From an uncultured Gammaproteobacteria bacterium (GTDB lineage: Bacteria > Patescibacteriota > Microgenomatia > Daviesbacterales > UBA10151): a stretch of DNA of 64,000 nucleotides. Positions 56,889 through 64,000 of this stretch are shown here, piece by piece. Numbering within the stretch: the stretch's first letter is position 1; every line of letters starts with the position of its first letter. The position numbers and the translations under genes are program-made. Where the stretch lies: the NCBI GenBank assembly GCA_964649615.1, contig CAZYPW010000002.1:66969-130968 (forward strand). Reading direction: 5' to 3'. The notes under the pieces were generated by a model. It made no database searches. It was not told where the DNA came from and worked only from the letters and a program-made list of their open reading frames with translations.

Positions 56889-59800
56889 CAATGCTTTCTG
56901 GATTTGAAATCTTTTATAAATATAACTATCAATAAAATTATAAAACTAATTCCGGCAATGATGAAACCTTTATATACACTTTTTTGCGGCTCAAATTCAA
57001 GATCAAATGTATAGTCTCCTGCTTTATCAACAAACCAGGCATTTCCATAAAGATTTGCCAAGATGTGCTTATCCGGAGTAACTACTGTCCCGTCTGATGA
57101 TTTTAGTTTAAGTTTCCATCCCGGATGATAAGTCTCATTAAAAAGAAAAAAAGCAGGTTTAATTAACTTGAAATTACCTTTGTATGAGCTGGAAGTTTGT
57201 TTACTGAAATCTGGTAATGTTTCATCTGATCTAGAATTTATATTATTTTTATTTTCACTCATTAAGATAAGCGAATTATTTAAAAATCTTTCTATCTTCA
57301 GGTTTCTGATAGACATTGCCGAAATATCGGCCAGTGCAAATCTAATTGTTGCTTTCTGACTCATTGAATTTAAAGGTGGCAATGTAAAGTTAAAGCTTTG
57401 CCAATCATTTGAACTGTTCTGGGGAATAAATTGGTTTATGCGAAATTCTTTTCTTCCTGACAAATCTAAAGTATCTGTATCTTGCTCTAATTGAAGGTAA
57501 AAACCACTACCCTTAAGCATCTTAGTTTCAAAACTTATTTGATAAATATCACCTCCTGAAACATTCCCTAAATTTGCATCTAAGAATGTCTCCTTTTGTC
57601 CGCTGGTAGATAAATTAATAATAGATTCGTCCTGTTGTTTAACATCGCCAGATGCATTTAATGCATTTGGCAAAGATACCAGGTTTAAACCGGAAGGAAT
57701 AAAGTAGCTGATTTCGTACTCTCCCGGATTAAGTTCCACTTCTCCAAAAGCTATAAAATTAGCCTCTTTTTTACCTGCTAACAAAAACTGTTGATGATTA
57801 ATTTGAAAATTAAGCTCCGTCAGGTTGTCTGAATACTTATTTTGGATTTGAGAATTAGTCATCAAAATTTGATAATGCGCGCGCTCGGGTATCTTAAATT
57901 TAAAAATTTGTCTAAGCAGGCTTGATGACTTCAGATCACTAACAGAGTAGCGGGAGATCAGATCGTTGCTTACCAGACTTTCCCTTAAGCTGGTAGCTAT
58001 ATCATCTATTTCTTTAGTGCTTAAAAAAGTTTTAATTTGCTCAAGTATTGATAAGTGTTGTTTGAAAATAGATGAAATAGTAGATTCATTAATAAAAATA
58101 AATATTCGTGATGTATGAATATCTTTTCTAAATATTTCTGCTACTTTTTTCCCATAAGCTTTTATTAAATCTTTATTCATTTCTTTTTGATTGTTGTTAA
58201 ATGCATTAATAATTTCAATCATTGTTTGGTTCGCTGAAATAATTTTACCTACCATTTCTTCAGCCTGAATTTCTCCGTATTGGCTTAATATACTGCGGCT
58301 TTTTTCCAGTTGGCTTATGGGAGAATTTTCATTACCGGGATCTAAAGAGGCGCTGTTTGTAGACTCATCAGATAAAAGAAAAGTTCTTGGTAGAATTATT
58401 GTCTGGTTGCTGTTACTTAAAGTCGAATCATCTAAAAGATCACCAATTGGCGATATAAAATTATTTTCCTTACCTAATAACCAAGGCCATATAAAACTGC
58501 TCTTTCCCGGAAGGACAACTCCAATATTATCGGTAATAATTATTTTATGTTTATAATACTCATCTTTAACCCGATAAATCCTAAGGTCACCAAATTCAAC
58601 TCTTTTATCTAAAAAAGTCAGCTTATTAAGTATTCCTTCGGTTTCAGCCGGATCATATAAATTACCCCCTCTCCACTCAATATCCTTATGGAGAATTATA
58701 AATTTTATATTAAATGCTTGAAGTAATTCTAAAATTTTATTTGGGTTCCCTGTATATGGAGCATGGAAGATAAGGGATAGTGCTGACAAACTGGCAGAAA
58801 CCATCGGTAAGTCTAAACCTCTGGCAATAGAAGGCAGAGAGGTGAATATAGCTGCAGATGGCTCTACCCCATTGTAACCTTTTGGCCAATTATATTTAAC
58901 ATCCTCCGATCTAGGCAGCGGCAGATGAAGAATTCTTCCTTCCGACATACCCGCAGTTACTTTAATATCTTGTTTAATCCACTCATTAGCTTCAGTGTAG
59001 CTTTTGGGAACTTCCACAAATGCCGGCCTGTCTAAACTGCCAAATAGTTTTCCTGTAAACATAGGGTGGAAAAATGCTAAATGAAGACCAATAAAAACTA
59101 CCAATAATAGGTACGTTTTATACCTGCCAATATATTTACTAGAGGTAATGAATAAAAAATGTAGCCCAAGGGCAAACAAGATGGCAAAAACTAAAGGAAG
59201 TAGAATACCTAATTTCTCAAAAGGGTTTCTGATCACTCCCAACGGGAAAAAATGAGAGAAGCCGTAGATATAGGGAAAGTTAAAAGGAGCCGCTGCACCT
59301 TTTGCCAGAAAAACTACAATTAGAAAAAGCAGACTCCAAAAAGCATATGCTTTTTCTTTAAATCCTCTTAAAAAGCCGATAAATACTATCACTGCAAACA
59401 ACCAGGATACTGCAACAAGGAATATATTTTGATAAATGCTCCCCCAGTCAGCATGCCAATATAGGTAGAAAGGATTAATTAGACGGAGGGTAAAAGGGAG
59501 AACGGTTTGTATGCTTAAAGCAACCAGGTTAGTTAAACTATCATCTATGGTATGTTGGGTAGCAAATAAAGCAGGACTGATGCTGAAGGTGGGAATCAGC
59601 CACCAGCTATTGGTTAAAAGCCAGAACAGTAGTCCCATTAAAAAAGCAAAGAATATTTTAAGGGTAGTCTCCTTACCTTTCCAGGGCACTAATACTTCCA
59701 ATAAGGTTATTGAAAAAAGTAATGTCCAAACAGCTACAATAAAGGCTATCGTTCCATAAACATAAACTGCTAAAAAATTGGCTAGAAGAAAAAGCAGTAA

Positions 59801-60313
59801 AAATTTAGGATCACGTTTCCGTATCCACCAAAGCCAAGTCAATACCAAAAAGGGCAAAAATGCCACAAAAACCATAGAGTTATGAATAAATCTATGCCAG
59901 ATTTGAATCATCATGTATGGGTTAAAGACATAAAATATTCCGGCTGCGTAAGCTAACAGGATTTTATCTTTCCCAAAGATATACAAAGCCAGAAGATACA
60001 TGCCATAACCAATCAGAAATAACAGAATAAAAAACAGAAAAGCCTGGATAAAAACAGGGCTTGCCCCTAAAGCTTGAGGGATAGATAAAAACAACATCAG
60101 GGGGACTGAAGTTAATCCCTGGGCTACAGGAATACCCGGAGCCAGAGAATCCCACCAGATATTTTTGGCAATATTCACTGCAACCTGGGGACTGTATGTT
60201 GGCAGACCCGTATCCCCACCTCCATACATATATCCAAACCTAAACCAGCAAAATATTAATCCTGCAGAAAGGAGTAAAAAGATAAGAGGTGGAAGTAATG
60301 CTACTTTCTTCAT
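56888..60313 (-). CDS. Giant GT-C membrane protein (AftD/YfhO-like) with extracellular domains
   Basis: GGD, FY.FNP, KG...PF, RNPFEK, RILHLP, CBM-like region, FNETYHPGW...ANLYGNAW, terminal TM; ATG start chosen (TTG at 60325 possible). Confidence 0.75.
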   Translation of the reverse strand: MKKVALLPPLIFLLLSAGLIFCWFRFGYMYGGGDTGLPTYSPQVAVNIAKNIWWDSLAPGIPVAQGLTSVPLMLFLSIPQALGASPVFIQAFLFFILLFLIGYGMYLLALYIFGKDKILLAYAAGIFYVFNPYMMIQIWHRFIHNSMVFVAFLPFLVLTWLWWIRKRDPKFLLLFLLANFLAVYVYGTIAFIVAVWTLLFSITLLEVLVPWKGKETTLKIFFAFLMGLLFWLLTNSWWLIPTFSISPALFATQHTIDDSLTNLVALSIQTVLPFTLRLINPFYLYWHADWGSIYQNIFLVAVSWLFAVIVFIGFLRGFKEKAYAFWSLLFLIVVFLAKGAAAPFNFPYIYGFSHFFPLGVIRNPFEKLGILLPLVFAILFALGLHFLFITSSKYIGRYKTYLLLVVFIGLHLAFFHPMFTGKLFGSLDRPAFVEVPKSYTEANEWIKQDIKVTAGMSEGRILHLPLPRSEDVKYNWPKGYNGVEPSAAIFTSLPSIARGLDLPMVSASLSALSLIFHAPYTGNPNKILELLQAFNIKFIILHKDIEWRGGNLYDPAETEGILNKLTFLDKRVEFGDLRIYRVKDEYYKHKIIITDNIGVVLPGKSSFIWPWLLGKENNFISPIGDLLDDSTLSNSNQTIILPRTFLLSDESTNSASLDPGNENSPISQLEKSRSILSQYGEIQAEEMVGKIISANQTMIEIINAFNNNQKEMNKDLIKAYGKKVAEIFRKDIHTSRIFIFINESTISSIFKQHLSILEQIKTFLSTKEIDDIATSLRESLVSNDLISRYSVSDLKSSSLLRQIFKFKIPERAHYQILMTNSQIQNKYSDNLTELNFQINHQQFLLAGKKEANFIAFGEVELNPGEYEISYFIPSGLNLVSLPNALNASGDVKQQDESIINLSTSGQKETFLDANLGNVSGGDIYQISFETKMLKGSGFYLQLEQDTDTLDLSGRKEFRINQFIPQNSSNDWQSFNFTLPPLNSMSQKATIRFALADISAMSIRNLKIERFLNNSLILMSENKNNINSRSDETLPDFSKQTSSSYKGNFKLIKPAFFLFNETYHPGWKLKLKSSDGTVVTPDKHILANLYGNAWFVDKAGDYTFDLEFEPQKSVYKGFIIAGISFIILLIVIFIKDFKSRKH
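59535..60062. repeat. Direct repeat, apparently identical to 63473-64000
   Basis: Same sequence at offset 3938 from aaactatcatctatgg to the window end. Confidence 0.9.
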
Positions 60314-60325
60314 CAAAAGTCTCAA

Positions 60326-60673
60326 TTAAAATTTTTCAATATAACCTTTTTTGATAATTTTAGGAAGGTATAAAACAATTGTTATCACCAGTAAACTAAA
60401 TCCAAAATCACCGATAACTTTAGAAAAATTTGGCAGATTTAGAAGATTAAATATCATCATTAACACCAAACAAAAACCAGTCATAAAAAGAATAAAGCGT
60501 CTAAAATTCGGTTTAAAAACCATTATGGTTGTAAGTATGGAGAGTAATAAAGGTTGCGGTAATCTTTCCCAAGAGTCAAAATTAAATCCATATTCAAGAA
60601 TATAAAATATCCCCAGTAGAAAAATTGTAGTTAAAAACGGCTTTAATATTAAGTAGCTGCGGAGTGATTTCAT
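60326..60673 (-). CDS. Small multi-TM membrane protein
   Basis: 115 aa, hydrophobic, tightly packed between the two giant paralogs. Confidence 0.7.
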   Translation of the reverse strand: MKSLRSYLILKPFLTTIFLLGIFYILEYGFNFDSWERLPQPLLLSILTTIMVFKPNFRRFILFMTGFCLVLMMIFNLLNLPNFSKVIGDFGFSLLVITIVLYLPKIIKKGYIEKF

Positions 60674-60678
60674 AAAAT

Positions 60679-63600
60679 TTAGGAAACTTTACGGAAATAT
60701 AATCTTATTACCAGTATTAAGGCTACTATAACCCATCCTGAAATAGCAAACAATATGGCTATTTTAATGAATTTTTGCGGACTGTAGTTTAGGGTGAAGT
60801 CATAATCCCCTGTTTTTTCTATCACCCAGGCATTCGCATATGAATTGGCAAGCAAATGTTCTCGGGGCCGATAAATTTCTTTCCCGTTATATAACGATAA
60901 CTCCCAACCCGGATCAAAGGATTCCTTAAAAAATATCCATGTTGGTCTGATAATTCTTACCTTACCCAGATATTGGCTAGAACTTAATTTTTGGGCTTCC
61001 AGCACCATGCCGGAAGGGGAAGCTGATTGAACCAACGCTAAATCGGCTCTCAAGAAAATATCATTATTTAATATCCTTACTACATTTATATTTCTAATAA
61101 GAAACCTGGAAGATTGATTATAAGTTTTACTTACTTTTTCATCTGCGCATTTCTTTTTATCGCCTAATACTGTCAGACAATCATCCCAAGGCTCCGCCTG
61201 AATTCTTAGCTTGGCCTTTTGGGTATTTGATCTTAAAACTACATTCCCTTCAAAACGGCGCCATTGGTTGCTGGCGGAACTGCCTGGAAAATAGTAGTTG
61301 TTGTAACCTAAACCTAACTCATCGGGATCGCTACTCAACTGATCCGTATCCTGACTGACTTGTACCCTGATCCCTATTCCTGATAGCAATTGAAAATCAA
61401 AGCTTATCAGATAACTGTCTCCTCCGTAGGCGGGATCAATATTACTCTCAATATATGAAGAGTCTTGCTTTCCGGAAATTATTTCCACAATACCTAAATC
61501 AGAAACACGAACATCACCAACCTTATTCATTAAAGATATGCTGGAAACAAGATTTATGGATGGTAATCCCAAAATGTTCATTGAGTGCTCACCGGATTCT
61601 ATCTGAACTTCCCCGAAAGACATTAATTTTTGCTCACCCTCTTGAGTCATCCTCATTCGCTGATCATCAACCTGAAAATCCAACTCCGACAAATTATTTG
61701 GATATATATTCTTCGTTTCGGGCCTATTCATTAAAACCTCATAGTTTAATCTTAGGGGGATACTAAAAAGATACAGCTGATTATACTGCTGGTTTGATAT
61801 ATCTTCATTTTTTAACTGATGCTCCGGGATTAATCCCTTCGCAACTAATAATTTGGTAATTAGTATAGTTAAATTATCTATTGTTTTTTTCTCATTTTGA
61901 TCCGATATTCCGCCTTTAATGTAATTTAACAGGCCCAAATGCCTTAAAAACACATCTAAGGTATCAGCTTGATAGCCGTTTATAACAACAGCATCAGGTA
62001 CGAATACCTCATCAAAAATCTCTATGAGAATTTTTCTATACCTTTCAATTTGTAAATCACCCAACTTCTTACCTTTCTCCTTACTGATAATCCCCGATTC
62101 CTCCATCCTGCGAATTTTATACATTTCCACCAGTCTTTTTTCAGCATAGATTATCTTTCTCTGCTGTATCTCAAACTGGCTTTTTGCAATCAAACTTAAA
62201 GATTCTTTGATCTCCAGCAGGAAATAAAACGGCGATGTTGGCAGTATCCGGATATGATTAAAATTCTCGAGATTCCCATGAAATTCAGGGACCTCAAAAT
62301 TCCTGGATAATTCGCCTCTTTCAGAGGATATAATAATTTTGTCAATCTTGTTTATTAGACTTTTGTCTTGTTCTTCGGATAAAGCACTCACCATCTCTGC
62401 CGACGGCGTACTGACTATCCAGGACCAGAAGAGATTCTTCCTTGCAGGTTTAAGCAATTCGACATTATCGGAAATTATTATCTTGGGGCTAAAATAATCC
62501 GTTTTCAATTTGTAGATGGTTAAGTTTTCAAATATTACTGCCTTTTCCAAAAATTCCCATTTGTTAAGAAAGTTTTCTGTTTCGTAGGGACTATATAACT
62601 CCCCGTTCAACCAGTTAATATCTTTATGCAAGATAATATATTTAATATTAAAATCCTTGAGCATCTTCAGTATAACCTCCTGATTTGAAGCATATGGAGT
62701 ATGGAATATTAAAGATAGTCCTGATAGAGCATCACTCACTCCCGGAACAGCTAAACCTCTGGCAATTGAGGGTAGGGAGGTAAATATAGCCGCAGATGGC
62801 TCTACCCCATTGTAGCCATACTGCCAGTTGTAGCTGACTGCTTCTGATTTAGGTAAAGGCAGATGAAGAATCCTCCCCTCCCAACTATTGGTAGTATTGC
62901 CAAGATCTCTCTTAATCCAATCATTGGCTTGGGTATAACTTTTAGGTACCTCAACAAAATTCTGCTTGTCCAAAGTACCAAACAACTTCCCGGCAAACAT
63001 AGGCCAAAAAAAGCTCATATAAAAACAGACAATAATTCCCAGTACACAGTATGCCCTAAACCTACCAATATATTTATCGAGCTGCATTAATACCCACCGC
63101 AATCCCAAGGCAAACAAGATGGCAAAAACCAAAGGCAGTAAAATACCCAACTTTTCAAAAGGATTCCTGATGACTCCCAATGGAAAAAAATTAGAGAAGC
63201 CAAATATATATGGAAAAGAAAAAGGGGGTGCTGCCCCTTTGCCTAAAAATATCACTATCAGAAAAAGTAAACTCCAAAAAGCATATGCTTTTTTTTTAAG
63301 GCCTTTGATAAAGCCGATAAATACAAAAAGTAGCGGTATCCAGGAGATTAGGTTAAATAATAAAGTGTGATAGATATTCCCAAAGTCAGCATGCCAGTAT
63401 AGGTAGAAGGGGTTAATTAAACGTAAGGTGTAGGGTAAGATTGTTTGGGCAGAAAGAGATATTAATGTAGACAAACTATCATCTATGGTATGTTGGGTAG
63501 CAAATAAAGCAGGACTGATGCTGAAGGTGGGAATCAGCCACCAGCTATTGGTTAAAAGCCAGAACAGTAGTCCCATTAAAAAAGCAAAGAATATTTTAAG

Positions 63601-64000
63601 GGTAGTCTCCTTACCTTTCCAGGGCACTAATACTTCCAATAAGGTTATTGAAAAAAGTAATGTCCAAACAGCTACAATAAAGGCTATCGTTCCATAAACA
63701 TAAACTGCTAAAAAATTGGCTAGAAGAAAAAGCAGTAAAAATTTAGGATCACGTTTCCGTATCCACCAAAGCCAAGTCAATACCAAAAAGGGCAAAAATG
63801 CCACAAAAACCATAGAGTTATGAATAAATCTATGCCAGATTTGAATCATCATGTATGGGTTAAAGACATAAAATATTCCGGCTGCGTAAGCTAACAGGAT
63901 TTTATCTTTCCCAAAGATATACAAAGCCAGAAGATACATGCCATAACCAATCAGAAATAACAGAATAAAAAACAGAAAAGCCTGGATAAAAACAGGGCTT
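60679..64000 (-). CDS. Giant GT-C membrane protein (AftD/YfhO-like), paralog, 5' truncated by the window
   Basis: Same motifs (RNPFEK, RILHLP, FKESFDPGW...ANSYANAW); frame stays open to the window edge. Confidence 0.75.
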   Translation of the reverse strand, partial: SPVFIQAFLFFILLFLIGYGMYLLALYIFGKDKILLAYAAGIFYVFNPYMMIQIWHRFIHNSMVFVAFLPFLVLTWLWWIRKRDPKFLLLFLLANFLAVYVYGTIAFIVAVWTLLFSITLLEVLVPWKGKETTLKIFFAFLMGLLFWLLTNSWWLIPTFSISPALFATQHTIDDSLSTLISLSAQTILPYTLRLINPFYLYWHADFGNIYHTLLFNLISWIPLLFVFIGFIKGLKKKAYAFWSLLFLIVIFLGKGAAPPFSFPYIFGFSNFFPLGVIRNPFEKLGILLPLVFAILFALGLRWVLMQLDKYIGRFRAYCVLGIIVCFYMSFFWPMFAGKLFGTLDKQNFVEVPKSYTQANDWIKRDLGNTTNSWEGRILHLPLPKSEAVSYNWQYGYNGVEPSAAIFTSLPSIARGLAVPGVSDALSGLSLIFHTPYASNQEVILKMLKDFNIKYIILHKDINWLNGELYSPYETENFLNKWEFLEKAVIFENLTIYKLKTDYFSPKIIISDNVELLKPARKNLFWSWIVSTPSAEMVSALSEEQDKSLINKIDKIIISSERGELSRNFEVPEFHGNLENFNHIRILPTSPFYFLLEIKESLSLIAKSQFEIQQRKIIYAEKRLVEMYKIRRMEESGIISKEKGKKLGDLQIERYRKILIEIFDEVFVPDAVVINGYQADTLDVFLRHLGLLNYIKGGISDQNEKKTIDNLTILITKLLVAKGLIPEHQLKNEDISNQQYNQLYLFSIPLRLNYEVLMNRPETKNIYPNNLSELDFQVDDQRMRMTQEGEQKLMSFGEVQIESGEHSMNILGLPSINLVSSISLMNKVGDVRVSDLGIVEIISGKQDSSYIESNIDPAYGGDSYLISFDFQLLSGIGIRVQVSQDTDQLSSDPDELGLGYNNYYFPGSSASNQWRRFEGNVVLRSNTQKAKLRIQAEPWDDCLTVLGDKKKCADEKVSKTYNQSSRFLIRNINVVRILNNDIFLRADLALVQSASPSGMVLEAQKLSSSQYLGKVRIIRPTWIFFKESFDPGWELSLYNGKEIYRPREHLLANSYANAWVIEKTGDYDFTLNYSPQKFIKIAILFAISGWVIVALILVIRLYFRKVS
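63473..64000. repeat. Direct repeat copy of 59535-60062
   Basis: Identical by eye over 528 bp; continues off-window. Confidence 0.9.

Noticed and set aside
59535-64000. Diversity-generating retroelement TR/VR pair
   Set aside because: The copies look identical rather than differing at adenines, encode TM segments, and no reverse transcriptase is in the window.
1-64000. Alternative genetic code (TGA=Gly)
   Set aside because: Conserved genes are intact in code 11 and many end in TGA with ATGA overlaps.

Overview
AT-rich (visually about one-third GC) bacterial chromosome segment, standard code 11. Gene content and style suggest a Patescibacteria/CPR genome, probably Microgenomates (inference). 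0-28 kb: GT-C mannosyltransferase, O-antigen-ligase-like gene, tRNA-Val(CAC), lepB, parB, rpmA, rplU, rodA, ileS, a dcw cluster (mraZ-rsmH-ftsL-ftsI-murE-murB'-murA-murF-mraY-ftsW-murG-ftsQ-ftsA-ftsZ, no murC/murD/ddl), dimeric glycyl-tRNA synthetase and recO. The dcw cluster is interrupted twice: by a RAYT-type HUH transposase plus a HAD hydrolase, and by a short wHTH + Cas2-fold (PaaX-like) gene bracketed by its own palindromes next to a nest of small inverted repeats. 28.5-64 kb: a >35 kb surface-glycan locus with DUF4012, a priming phosphoglycosyl transferase, GT4/GT2 enzymes, Wzx, acetyl/methyl/aminotransferases and many GT-C membrane glycosyltransferases, including a tandem of giant AftD/YfhO-like paralogs that share an identical 5' block. 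The most unusual signals are several families of short palindromes that flank the two inserted genes and also sit in-frame inside housekeeping genes (murE, recO, rsmH, glycosyltransferases), pervasive leaderless -10/ATG architecture, and non-canonical catalytic motifs in IleRS, MurA, MurB, MurE and MraY.
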